From Terriglobia bacterium (GTDB taxonomy: Bacteria > Acidobacteriota > Terriglobia > Terriglobales > SCQP01): a DNA stretch of 64,000 nt. The notes below the pieces were generated by a model. It did no database searches. It was not told the DNA's origin and was given only the letters and a program-made list of their open reading frames with translations. The stretch's first letter is position 1, and each line of letters opens with the position of its first letter. Shown here piece by piece: positions 28,756 to 37,893 of this stretch. The stretch covers positions 105,286-169,285 of the forward strand of contig JAJPKR010000016.1 of NCBI GenBank assembly GCA_021323595.1. Reading direction: 5' to 3'. Both the position numbers and the translations under genes were made by a program.

Positions 28756-29166
28756 ATGGCGGAAGAGAAATTTCCGGTGGAAAAATCCGACGCCGAATGG
28801 CGCCGCGAACTCACGCCCGAGGAATATCAAGTCACGCGGTGCAGCGCGACCGAACCGCCCTTTACCGGCCGCTACTGGAACCATCATGAGCGCGGCGTCT
28901 ATCGCTGCGTCGCCTGCGGCGCGCCGCTCTTCGGCTCCGACGCGAAATTCGATTCCGGCACCGGCTGGCCCAGCTTTTTCCAGCCGCTGCCCGCGGCCGA
29001 GATTCTCGCCGCCGCCGATCTCAGCCACGGCATGCGCCGCATCGAGGCCCGCTGCCGCCGCTGCGGTTCGCATCTGGGCCACATCTTTCCCGACGGCCCG
29101 CCGCCCACCGGCCAGCGCTACTGCATCAACTCCGCCGCGCTGCGCTTCGAGCCCGAAGCGCGCTAG
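28756..29166 (+). CDS. msrB: peptide-methionine (R)-S-oxide reductase
   Basis: CxxC zinc motifs ([21 protein letters not shown]) and GWPSF plus the catalytic RYCINSAAL motif. Confidence 0.95.
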   Translation: MAEEKFPVEKSDAEWRRELTPEEYQVTRCSATEPPFTGRYWNHHERGVYRCVACGAPLFGSDAKFDSGTGWPSFFQPLPAAEILAAADLSHGMRRIEARCRRCGSHLGHIFPDGPPPTGQRYCINSAALRFEPEAR

Positions 29167-29246
29167 GGCGCGGGCGACGGAAACCGATCCGGCGCCCGGC
29201 CGCCGCTGCCATTCCCGCTTGGCAAGCGCCGGCCGCCGGCCTCTAG

Positions 29247-31175
29247 CTAGCGCGCAAAGGAGCGCACCGCGCAACGCGCCAGTGCGTCAATCTGCGCCGC
29301 CGAGTAGGACGTGCCGAACGCCGGCATATAGCCTTCCTGCCGCAGCCCATGCGTGATCGCGCCCACGAGCTGGGCGTCGGAATGCGCCGCCTGCCAGCCC
29401 GCGTCGGTGAAATCGGGCGTATGCAGCGCCGCATAGCCCTTGCCGTCGGCGCCATGGCAGTTGGCGCAGACCGCCGCGAACGTCTCTTTCGCCCAGCCGC
29501 ACAGCGCGCCGCCGCCGCCCTTCGCCTCGCCGCTGGCGGCAGCCGGCGCCGGCGCCGGAGGCTGGTTCACGCTGGCGGCGGGCGCCGCCGCCGGCGCCAC
29601 GGGCTGCGCATCGCCCCCCAACCCGAACGCGAATACGCGCCCGTCGTGCGTGGTCACGAACACTTTGCCGGCCCCGACTACGGTGCCGCTGAAATGCGTC
29701 CAGCCGGAGATCGTCGCTCCGCTCGACCACAGCGTCCGACCCGTCTCGCCGTCGAGCGCCAGCAGCTCGGCATGGCCCGCTTGCAGGTCTTGGCGTTTCT
29801 CGATGACCTGGCGGTAGTGATTCCGCGCCAACTCTTCGAGCGAGACCGGATGCATCGCTTGCCGCGTGTCTTCTCCCGTAGCCAGCGCAAAGACGACCCC
29901 GCCGGCGATCGCCACCGGATCGGGGACGTTCAGATTTGCCGAACGCCAGGCCGGCGCCAGCCGCGCGCCGCCATCTTCCCCGCGCACCACGCGAAAAGCC
30001 ACCACGCTGCCGTCCGGCGCCGGCCCATTCTCGCGCGGCGCTTGCCAGGCGCTGGCCGTCGGACCCCACAGCGGCACCAGCAGCCACGTCTGGCCGTGGG
30101 CGTCGCGCCAAGCGCTCATTTCGCCCCAAATTCCGTAGAGCTCCCAAAGCTGGGCGTCGTTGCCGATGCGCGGCGACAGATAGAGCCCGCGATGGTGATC
30201 GGGACCGCCGAGCGCGTGCGCGTCGAGCAAATAGACCACGGCGCCCTTGCCGCCCACCGCCGCCAGCGTGCGCCCTTGCCAGGGGAATATGACCGGCGTG
30301 CTGTTCCCAATGTCGAGGTCCTTGTCGGTCAAATATTTCCAGTCCGCCGGCGTGAAGTAGTCCTGGAGCGCCAGGCTCATGCTCAGCCGCAGCACGCTGC
30401 TGCCGAACTCGTTTGCGCCGGGATCGAACGCGGCATCGCCAGTAGCGGCATAGATCGAGCAGTCGCCATCGGCGGCAACGCCGCCGCGGCCCCAAATGCC
30501 GGCGCCGCAGAAACCGCCCTGCGGGCAATTCTGCGCGCTCCAAAACACGGTGACTTCATGGCCCGGCGCGTCGGGATTCATGGCATAAACGGCCGAATGC
30601 GCGCCGTTGCAGTCCTGGGAAGTCGTCGTGTAGAGCATGCCGCCGGCGTAATTCAGGCTCCAATCCTTGGCGTAAGCGGGCACGAAGCGCAGCGGCGGCA
30701 GCAGCGGCCGGCCGTCGCGCAGGCTGAGCGTGTTCAGGCGCCCATCGCTGGCGAGCACGAAAAGCCGGTCGTGGGCGGGGTCGGCGACGGGCGTGGCATT
30801 GAGATTGTTCGGGCACAGCCATGACGGCGGGCCTGGCATCTTGCGCGAGATCGGGAGCGCGCGCGTCCAGAGCACGCGGCCGGCCGCGGCATCGAGCGCG
30901 AAGACATGGTCCGATGCGCCCGCGACGATCACTTCGCCGTTGACGACGAGCGGCGCGGTGAGCGCGGTCAGCGCGCGCGGCTGCACCGGCAGCGCCGCCG
31001 ACCAAGCCAACCCCATGCGGCCGACATTCGCCGGCGTGAACGCGTGCTCGTCCCGCGCCCAGCCCGAGCGCTGCGCATCATGCCCGAAGGTGACCCATTG
31101 CCCGTGCTGCCCCATGGCTGCCATCGCCAGCGCCATGACCGCGACGGCGGCGCGAACCCAAGATTTACGTTCCAT
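29247..31175 (-). CDS. secreted PQQ-like beta-propeller repeat protein with C-terminal c-type cytochrome domain
   Basis: Signal peptide, then repeated propeller blades (..V.G.V.V....G.V.ALDA.TGR.LW). The C-terminal domain carries the heme motif CANCHG and a downstream Met-containing segment (GYMPAFG). Confidence 0.8.
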   Translation of the reverse strand: MERKSWVRAAVAVMALAMAAMGQHGQWVTFGHDAQRSGWARDEHAFTPANVGRMGLAWSAALPVQPRALTALTAPLVVNGEVIVAGASDHVFALDAAAGRVLWTRALPISRKMPGPPSWLCPNNLNATPVADPAHDRLFVLASDGRLNTLSLRDGRPLLPPLRFVPAYAKDWSLNYAGGMLYTTTSQDCNGAHSAVYAMNPDAPGHEVTVFWSAQNCPQGGFCGAGIWGRGGVAADGDCSIYAATGDAAFDPGANEFGSSVLRLSMSLALQDYFTPADWKYLTDKDLDIGNSTPVIFPWQGRTLAAVGGKGAVVYLLDAHALGGPDHHRGLYLSPRIGNDAQLWELYGIWGEMSAWRDAHGQTWLLVPLWGPTASAWQAPRENGPAPDGSVVAFRVVRGEDGGARLAPAWRSANLNVPDPVAIAGGVVFALATGEDTRQAMHPVSLEELARNHYRQVIEKRQDLQAGHAELLALDGETGRTLWSSGATISGWTHFSGTVVGAGKVFVTTHDGRVFAFGLGGDAQPVAPAAAPAASVNQPPAPAPAAASGEAKGGGGALCGWAKETFAAVCANCHGADGKGYAALHTPDFTDAGWQAAHSDAQLVGAITHGLRQEGYMPAFGTSYSAAQIDALARCAVRSFAR

Positions 31176-31915
31176 GCCGCCCTACTCTACCAGGAACAAG
31201 CAGCGGGGTCGGGGGCCGGGAATCGGAGACCGGGGCTGGCGCGAACCGTGCGCGCCGCCAACTCCGAACGCCGCGAAGGCGGCGGCTTCGACCTGGCCGG
31301 AAGGACAGGTCAACACCCAGGACGCCGCGAGCGGCAGTGGCTGTCGTCCAACCCTTTGCGGTGCTTGCGCTTACAACCTGAGCGCGGAAGCCAAACCGCG
31401 CTTCGCACTGTTGAGCTTCCCAACGGGGGGTGCCCAACACCGGGCACCCGAAAGAAGGGAAACGGCGTGCGGGCGACGCCCTTCTCCCTGCGCCTGGCGC
31501 AACGCGGCCAAATTCAGATTGTCAAACAGCGGCAGGCGCGCCCAAGCGCGCACCCGCAGAGGCTGCCACTGGGGAGCCCCGTAAGTAGGATTCGGATCGC
31601 GGCAGCGGAGTTGGCCGGAGGCTCGCTCCGCCAGCCAACTCTGGCGCGCTACTCGGAATCAAACTTTAGTAGGAGTCTCGCCGCCGCCGTGTTCATCCAC
31701 CTCATCCTGCATTTGCTGCGTGCTCGCGACCGGGAGCGCCGGCGGCGCCTCGACTCCACCCTTTTTGGCTCCCCCGTTGGGATACGAGACCACTTTGGCA
31801 CACGCCGCCGCCCTCGCGCCTGCTGATTACTCGCATGATTCCACGGGGTTTACTCCGCGACCCCGAGTCGCGCCGCCAATGGGGGTGGTCTCGCCCGAAG
31901 GCTATAATCAGGCCA

Positions 31916-32590
31916 GTGATTCGCGAGGGTTGGATCTATGCCGCCGCTGCCGCAGCGGTCGGCGTCGCGCTCGCCTGGGCCGCGGGCTGGCCCTGGGCGT
32001 GGCCGCTTTTCGTGCTTGCGGCCTTTTTCCTTTGGTTCTTTCGCAATCCTCGCCGCCTGCCGCCCACGGATCCGACGCTCGTCGTCTCGCCCGCCGACGG
32101 CAAGGTGACCTCAGTAGAAACTTTGGCGCCGCCCGCCGCCGGCCAAGCCGGTTACGCGCACCGCATCAGTATTTTCCTCTCGATCTTCGACGTGCACGTG
32201 AACCGGGCTCCCGCCAGCGGCGAGATCGCCGAACTGCGCTATCGCCGCGGGCGCTTCCTGAATGCGATGGATCCGGCCTCGGCGCGCGAGAACGAGCAAA
32301 ACTACGTCGCCCTCGACTCGCCGCAGGGGCGCATCGCCTTCGTCCAGATTGCCGGCCTGCTCGCCCGCCGCATCGTCTTTTGGCCCAAACTAGGAGAAAG
32401 GGTCGAGCGCGGCCAATTGGTCGGGCTGATCAAATTCGGTTCGCGCGTGGACGTGTTCTTGCCCGCGGCGGCCGAGTTGATGGTCCGCCGGGGCGAGCGC
32501 GTGCAGGGCGGCCGCTCGCCGTTGGCGCGTCTCCCTGTCCTGGCCGCAGCACCGGGCGCGCCGGCGCCACCGCAGCATGCATCGATTTGA
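31916..32590 (+). CDS. psd: phosphatidylserine decarboxylase proenzyme (short form)
   Basis: FFRNP.R..P......SPADGKV, FLSIFDVHVNRAP.SG and the self-cleavage region FGSRVDVFLP. I prefer the GTG at 31916; a TATAAT box at 31903..31908 sits 7 nt upstream of it, which would fit a leaderless transcript. The track start is 31835. Confidence 0.85.
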   Translation: MIREGWIYAAAAAAVGVALAWAAGWPWAWPLFVLAAFFLWFFRNPRRLPPTDPTLVVSPADGKVTSVETLAPPAAGQAGYAHRISIFLSIFDVHVNRAPASGEIAELRYRRGRFLNAMDPASARENEQNYVALDSPQGRIAFVQIAGLLARRIVFWPKLGERVERGQLVGLIKFGSRVDVFLPAAAELMVRRGERVQGGRSPLARLPVLAAAPGAPAPPQHASI

Positions 32591-33506
32591 ATCCGCCACC
32601 GACTCCGAGATTGACGCGCCGCAAGCGCCGCCGCCGCGCCATGGCGCGCGCCGCGGCATCGGGCTGCTGCCGTCGCTATTCACCGTGGCCAATGTCGGCC
32701 TCGGCTGGTTCGCCATCCAGCAGACGGCCTCGGCGATGCAAAGCGTGGCCCCGGCGCCGTTCCTCGACACCGCCGCCAAGGCGATCGGCTGGGCGATTCT
32801 GCTCGACGGGCTGGATGGCCGCATCGCGCGCCTCGCTAACGCCGCCAGCGATTTCGGCCGTGAATTCGATTCCTTGGCGGACGTCATCAGCTTCGGCGTC
32901 GCCCCCGGCCTCCTCGCCTACGTTTGGGGCGTGCGTTTCGTGGATCTGCCGCTCGCGTCGCGCGGCTTCCATTATCTGGATCACGCCGCCCAGCTCATCG
33001 CCTTTCTCTTCGTCATCGCCGGCGCCGCGCGCCTCGCCCGCTTCAACATCGCTCCGGCCGACGCCGTGCCCTCGAATCCCGGCAAGCCGGACAAGAAATA
33101 CTTCGTCGGCATGCCGATTCCGGCGGCCGCCGGCCTGATCGCCGCCTTCGTGCACTTCTTCAGCTCGCCGAATTTCGTCTTCGCCGCCACCAATCCGAGT
33201 TGGATCTGGGCCATCGCCTGGCTGGCGCTCGTGCTCGGCATCTCGTATCTGATGGTTTCGACCTGGCGTTTTTACAGCTTCAAGGACATCGATCTGCGCC
33301 GCCGCCATCCGTTCGAAATCACCGTGGCGCTGGGCGCGCTAATGGCCGCGGTGTGGTACTTCTCCGAAGTCACGCTGCTGATCCTCGCCGTCGCTTATTT
33401 GGTCAGCGCCATGGTCTGGCGCGCGCGCCATCACCTGCGCCCGCGCTCGACGCGCCGCTACCGCCCGGCGCCGCCGGAGCGATCCTCCGGCCCGTCCGCC
33501 TCCTGA
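32577..33506 (+). CDS. pssA: CDP-diacylglycerol--serine O-phosphatidyltransferase
   Basis: CDP-alcohol phosphotransferase motif DGLDGRIAR.....FGREFDSLADVISFGVAP and multiple TM helices. It overlaps psd by 14 nt. Confidence 0.9.
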   Translation: MHRFESATDSEIDAPQAPPPRHGARRGIGLLPSLFTVANVGLGWFAIQQTASAMQSVAPAPFLDTAAKAIGWAILLDGLDGRIARLANAASDFGREFDSLADVISFGVAPGLLAYVWGVRFVDLPLASRGFHYLDHAAQLIAFLFVIAGAARLARFNIAPADAVPSNPGKPDKKYFVGMPIPAAAGLIAAFVHFFSSPNFVFAATNPSWIWAIAWLALVLGISYLMVSTWRFYSFKDIDLRRRHPFEITVALGALMAAVWYFSEVTLLILAVAYLVSAMVWRARHHLRPRSTRRYRPAPPERSSGPSAS

Positions 33507-33521
33507 AGGAATACGGCATCC

Positions 33522-34517
33522 GTGCCTACCCGCATCGGAATCATCGGCGCCGAAACCCTGCTAGGCAAGGAACTGGCGCAGGTCTTCGCCGAGGCCAAGG
33601 AGATGCCCTGGGGCGCGGCGCGCCTGCACTTGCTGGCGGCGGCGCCTTCCGCCGTCGCGGCGGGCGAGCATCGTCTTGCCGCACTCGCCGACGAAGCCGC
33701 CCTGCTCGATCCCCTGAAGGACGAAGCCCTCGCCGACCTCGATCTGATCCTGCTCGCCAGCGCCCACGCAGAAGCGCGATCTCTGGCCGCCGCGGCGCCG
33801 GCGCGCGGCGCCGCCATCGTGCTCGACGTCGCCGCGCCGCCGGGGGCCGAGCCGCTGGCGGCGGTGCTGCGCGTGCCGCACCCCGCCGCGCGCGCCCTCG
33901 CCGCAGTGCTGGTGGCGCTGGCGCCGCTGGGCGAGTTCGCCGCCACCGCGCTCGTGCTCGAGCCGGCCAGCGAACGCGGCATGGCCGCGCTGAACGAACT
34001 GCAGTCGCAGAGCCTGCAACTCCTGTCCTTGGGCTCGATTCCCACCGAGACGTTCGGCGGGCAGATCGCCTATAACGTCAAGGCCGAGCTGCCGGAGGAA
34101 ATTCATCCCAGCTTGGCGGAGATTCAGGGCGCCTTGGCCGCCGATCTGCGCGGCTTGGCGATCGCGCCGGGCGGCGCGGCGCGCTTCCCGCTGCCCGCCG
34201 TGCGCCTGCTGCAGGCGCCGCTCTTCCATGCTCATGTGATCGCGCTCGCGGCGCGCTTTGCCGCCGCCTGCGAGCCGGCGGCGGTGGCGCGCGCCTTGCG
34301 CGCCGCGCCGCTGCGTTATCTCGGCGACCCACCCGAACAGCCCGACGTGCTCAGCGTCGCCGGCGAGAGCGAGATTCACGTCGGCGCCCTGCAGCCCGAC
34401 CCGCTCGATGCCCGCAGTCTCTGGCTGCAGATCGCCTTCGACAATCTGCGCGTGCGCGCCTTGACCGCGCTGCGTCTGGCCGCCGCCGCCTGGGAACACC
34501 GCCATGCCGCGGCGTGA
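33522..34517 (+). CDS. aspartate-semialdehyde dehydrogenase-like protein, catalytic Cys not conserved
   Basis: It is collinear with short-form ASD: IGIIGAETLLGKEL (degenerate GxxGxxG), QIAYNV, APLFHAH and the C-terminal ..LWLQIAFDNLR.. (ASD DNLRKGAA region). The segment equivalent to NPNCST reads VPHPAARAL. Confidence 0.75.
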   Translation: MPTRIGIIGAETLLGKELAQVFAEAKEMPWGAARLHLLAAAPSAVAAGEHRLAALADEAALLDPLKDEALADLDLILLASAHAEARSLAAAAPARGAAIVLDVAAPPGAEPLAAVLRVPHPAARALAAVLVALAPLGEFAATALVLEPASERGMAALNELQSQSLQLLSLGSIPTETFGGQIAYNVKAELPEEIHPSLAEIQGALAADLRGLAIAPGGAARFPLPAVRLLQAPLFHAHVIALAARFAAACEPAAVARALRAAPLRYLGDPPEQPDVLSVAGESEIHVGALQPDPLDARSLWLQIAFDNLRVRALTALRLAAAAWEHRHAAA

Positions 34518-35085
34518 CGGCGCCGCGCCGCCGCGCCTAGGCGCGCGCGGCGCGCAGGGCTGGGCGCGGCGGGGCGGGCTCTGCGCCGCGCTCTGCGGCG
34601 CGCTGGCGCTCGCCGGCTGCGGCTATGGGCTGGCCGATCACGTCCATGCGCTGCCCCCGAACGTGCATAGCATCGCCGTTCCCGGGCTGGCCAACCGCAC
34701 GCGCGTCCCGCGCCTTGCGCAGATGATCTCCTCCGGCATCGTGGACGAGCTGGTGCGCCGCACGCATTACCGCGTCCAGCCCGGTCTCGCCGGCAGCGAT
34801 GCCGTTCTCCGCGGCGTGGTCACCGCCCTCGACGCCACGCCGGTGACTTTCGACCCCAACAACGGCCACGCCACCACGGTCGAGCTGACCGTGCACTTGC
34901 GCGTCTGGCTGGTGGATCAACTCACGGGCAAAGATCTCTATCGCAACGACGATCTCGTCTTCCACGACCAGTACCAGATCAGCTCCGAGTCCGCCACGCT
35001 CTTCGAGGAGGACCCCGCCGCCTATGAGCGGCTCAGCCGCACCATCGCCGCCGATGTGGTCTCGGCGATCTTGGAGGGGTTTTGA
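34504..35085 (+). CDS. LptE-like LPS-assembly lipoprotein
   Basis: Lipobox-like ALALAGCGY. Small beta-rich protein with the LptE-type pattern (V..I.N.T..P.L......L......Y.V). The position directly upstream of holA is the classic lptE-holA arrangement. Confidence 0.65.
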   Translation: MPRRDGAAPPRLGARGAQGWARRGGLCAALCGALALAGCGYGLADHVHALPPNVHSIAVPGLANRTRVPRLAQMISSGIVDELVRRTHYRVQPGLAGSDAVLRGVVTALDATPVTFDPNNGHATTVELTVHLRVWLVDQLTGKDLYRNDDLVFHDQYQISSESATLFEEDPAAYERLSRTIAADVVSAILEGF

Positions 35086-36173
35086 GCATGGCGCGCCCGC
35101 CCGGCGAGGCGCCGGCCTATTTGCTGCTCGGCGATGAGGTGTACTTCCGCGACCGTTTTCGCGAGCAGATTCTCGCTGCGATTCCCCCCGAGGCGCGCGA
35201 ATATTCCGTCATCTCGGCCGACCTGCGGGTGACGCCGCTCGACGAAATTCTCGATCAAGCGCGCACGCCCTCGCTGCTGGCGGGCCGCCAGGTCTTCTTC
35301 ATCCGCAACGTCAAGGAACTCTACGGCCGCACCGCGCGCAGCCACGATTTTCCCGCGAATCTCGAGCGTTATCTCGCCGGCGCTCCGACCCTGGCGACGC
35401 TGGTCTTCGTCGCCGATCATTTGACTTTGCCGGCCGACCCCGCGCAGATCAGCTTCGAAGACCGCTCCCGGCTGGAGCGCATCGAGGCGACGCTCGGCCG
35501 CCTCTGCGAAGTCGTGCGCTGCGCCCGGGTGGACGCCGCCACCGCCGCCGATCTGATCGCCGACTTGGCCCGCCAGCGGCAGTGGCCGATCAAGCCGGAG
35601 GCGGCGCAGTTGCTCGCCGAACTCGTGGATGCCGACCTGGGCATCGCCGCCACGGAGTTGGGCAAACTGGCCGCTTACGCCGGCTTCGGCAGCCCGAGCG
35701 CAACCGCTGCCGCGCCGGGCGCGATTACCGCCGCCATGGTCACGGAGCTCGTCGCCGGCCAGCGGCAAAGCTCCGCCTTGGACCTCGCGCGCCAGATGGC
35801 ACGCGGCCAGCGCGCCTCCGCCCTGCGTTGCCTTGCCGCCATCTGGGATGCCGAAGGCGACGCCGCCGCCATTCCTCTCGTCTTTCAACTCAGTCGTTTC
35901 TATAAGATGGCTCTGGTGGCGCGCGAAGCGCGCGCCCGCGACCGCCGCTCCCTCTATGCCACCCTTCCCGCCGGACTCAAGCCGCCCGGATTTGCCGCCG
36001 ACCTGGTCCTGGCTTTGGCGCACGGCCTTTCCACGGTTCAGCTCATGGACGGGATCGCCCGCTTCCAGCGTATCGATGTCGCCCTCCGTTCCTCACCCGT
36101 CAATACCCGATGGCTTCTGGAAGAGGCGGTCGCTTTTGAGCAAGGGACTGAAAGCAAGCGACTTGGCAAATAA
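35082..36173 (+). CDS. holA: DNA polymerase III subunit delta
   Basis: PAYLLLGDE.YFRD.F...I and the length fit HolA, and it follows the lptE-like gene. The start may be ATG 35088. Confidence 0.8.
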   Translation: MSMARPPGEAPAYLLLGDEVYFRDRFREQILAAIPPEAREYSVISADLRVTPLDEILDQARTPSLLAGRQVFFIRNVKELYGRTARSHDFPANLERYLAGAPTLATLVFVADHLTLPADPAQISFEDRSRLERIEATLGRLCEVVRCARVDAATAADLIADLARQRQWPIKPEAAQLLAELVDADLGIAATELGKLAAYAGFGSPSATAAAPGAITAAMVTELVAGQRQSSALDLARQMARGQRASALRCLAAIWDAEGDAAAIPLVFQLSRFYKMALVAREARARDRRSLYATLPAGLKPPGFAADLVLALAHGLSTVQLMDGIARFQRIDVALRSSPVNTRWLLEEAVAFEQGTESKRLGK

Positions 36174-36234
36174 TCGGAGCGCTCACAAAAAAATTCTATT
36201 TTTTGGAGAAATTTTTTGCTAGATTTCCAATATC

Positions 36235-36312
36235 CACACACTTGACCGTGCCCTACGGGGCAACGACCACTTGCCGGAAGATCAGATCCCCCTGATCTTC
36301 CGGCGTTTTTTT
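36235..36312 (+). ncRNA. candidate small RNA (or long structured holA 3' UTR) ending in an intrinsic terminator
   Basis: A ~50-nt very AT-rich tract (about 36186..36234) is followed by a short hairpin (TGCCC-TACG-GGGCA) and then the 12-bp terminator hairpin with a T7 run. Confidence 0.25.
36274..36312 (+). terminator. rho-independent terminator
   Basis: CCGGAAGATCAG-ATCCCC-CTGATCTTCCGG is a perfect 12-bp stem, followed by CG TTTTTTT. Confidence 0.8.
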
Positions 36313-36492
36313 GGTCTTTGCCGCCGCCGCGACCGCTCTTCCAATTCTTGAAACGGCGTGCCGCGCGAGGCCCCGGCCGCCGGCTCAATGTCCACGGCGG
36401 TGGTAGCGGTCCACGAGGGCCTGGGCGCGATCGGAAAAACCTGCGCAGATCAGGCTGTCCCCTTTTTCGCGCTTCTGTTCCATCATGATTTT

Positions 36493-37797
36493 ATGGACCC
36501 TGTCGCCCGCGAAGCCAGCCTGCTCGAGGCGGATCCGGAAGTCGCCGCCGCTGCCGCGCAAGAAACCCTCCGCCAGCACGAGCATTTGGAGCTGATCGCG
36601 TCGGAGAACTTTGTCAGCGAAGCCGTTCTGGAAGCGGCCGGCACGACCTTCACGAACAAGTACGCGGAGGGCTATCCCGGCAAGCGCTACTACGGCGGCT
36701 GCGAAAACGCCGACCGGGTCGAGGAGCTGGCGCGCGCGCGCGCGTGCCGCATCTTCGGCGCCGAGCACGCCAACGTGCAGCCGCACTCCGGCTCGCAAGC
36801 CAACGCCGCCGCCTATGCCGCCGTGCTCCAGCATGGCGACAAGCTGATGGGGCTGAGCCTGGCGCATGGCGGGCACCTCACGCACGGCCATCCGCTGAAC
36901 TTTTCCGGCAAGAACTACCAGATCATTCCCTACGGCGTCACGCGCGAGACGGAAACGATCGACTACGAGGAGATGGCGCGCCTGGCGCGCGAACATCGGC
37001 CCAAGATCATCGTCGGCGGCGGCAGCGCCTATCCGCGGATCATCGACTTCGCGCGCATGCGCGCCATTGCCGACGAGGTAGGGGCGGTGCTGATGGTGGA
37101 TATGGCGCATTTCGCCGGCCTGGTTGCCGGCGGCGCGCATCCGAATCCCGTCGAGCATGCGCAGATCGTCACCACCACGACGCACAAGACCCTGCGCGGC
37201 CCGCGCGCGGGCATGATCTTGTGCCGCCGCGAGTTCGCCGCGGCCATCGACAAGGCGGTGTTTCCGGGGTTGCAAGGCGGGCCGCTGGTGCACATCATCG
37301 CCGCCAAAGCGGTTTGCTTCGGCGAAGCACTGCGGCCGGAATTTCGCGCCTATGCGGCGCAAGTCGTCGCCAATGCGCGGGCGCTGGCCGCCGCCTTGCA
37401 GGGCGAGGGCTTCCGCGTGATTTCCGGCGGCACCGATACTCACTTGATGCTGGTGGATGTTTTCGCCCACGGCATTCGCGGCAAGGACGCGGAGAACGCC
37501 TTGCATGCCGCCAACATCACCGTGAACAAGAACGCGATCCCGTTCGACACCAATCCCCCGCTCAACCCCAGCGGCATCCGGCTGGGCACGCCGGCGCTGA
37601 CCACGCGCGGCATGAAACAAGGCGAAATGCGCCAGATCGGCGCCTGGATCGCGCGCGCGCTGCGGCACTATCAAGAACCCGCCGTGCTCGCCGAGATCCG
37701 CCGCCAAGTGCTGGAGCTGGCCGAAGCCTTCCCCCTCTATTCCCGCCGCCGCGCCCGCGAGCAGGCCGCGCTCGCCGCCGCCTCGGCGGCTCATTAG
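36493..37797 (+). CDS. glyA: serine hydroxymethyltransferase
   Basis: [17 protein letters not shown]...[17 protein letters not shown] and the PLP site [12 protein letters not shown]. Start at ATG 36493 inside track ORF 36358..37797. Confidence 0.95.
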   Translation: MDPVAREASLLEADPEVAAAAAQETLRQHEHLELIASENFVSEAVLEAAGTTFTNKYAEGYPGKRYYGGCENADRVEELARARACRIFGAEHANVQPHSGSQANAAAYAAVLQHGDKLMGLSLAHGGHLTHGHPLNFSGKNYQIIPYGVTRETETIDYEEMARLAREHRPKIIVGGGSAYPRIIDFARMRAIADEVGAVLMVDMAHFAGLVAGGAHPNPVEHAQIVTTTTHKTLRGPRAGMILCRREFAAAIDKAVFPGLQGGPLVHIIAAKAVCFGEALRPEFRAYAAQVVANARALAAALQGEGFRVISGGTDTHLMLVDVFAHGIRGKDAENALHAANITVNKNAIPFDTNPPLNPSGIRLGTPALTTRGMKQGEMRQIGAWIARALRHYQEPAVLAEIRRQVLELAEAFPLYSRRRAREQAALAAASAAH

Positions 37798-37893
37798 CGC
37801 GCAAGGCGGCCGGCAGCGCGCGGCGGAGCGGCGCGCCCTAGCCGCCGGCGCGCGCATACTGTACCCTGTCCCTGATCTCCGATCCCCACGCTC

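Noticed and set aside
31176-31915. tmRNA, RNase P RNA, SRP RNA or 6S RNA in the large gap.
   Set aside because: I looked on both strands for the hallmarks: GGAAAGTCC / ACAGAA..CCCGGCTTA (RNase P); a 5' GGGG..GGATTCGAC start plus a 3' T-arm-CCACCA and an Ala-Ala tag reading frame (tmRNA); and GGUCCGGAAGGAAGCAGC (SRP). Only loose resemblances were found (e.g. CCGGAAGGACAGG inside a simple hairpin).
36385-36487. 33-codon minus-strand mini-ORF ([33 protein letters not shown]) divergent from glyA.
   Set aside because: It is the tail of the long antisense shadow ORF, has no Shine-Dalgarno, and overlaps the glyA promoter/start region. The evidence is insufficient.
36313-36492. Possible ZTP (pfl) or other riboswitch in the glyA leader. 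GGGCCTGGGCG at 36417..36427 resembles the CCGCCUGGGC 3' sub-domain.
   Set aside because: I could not find the 5' sub-domain (GGGUCGUGAC..UGGCG..ACCGGG) at any sensible distance, and the strong terminator lies 180 nt upstream of the start rather than adjacent. Only a covariance-model scan could settle it.
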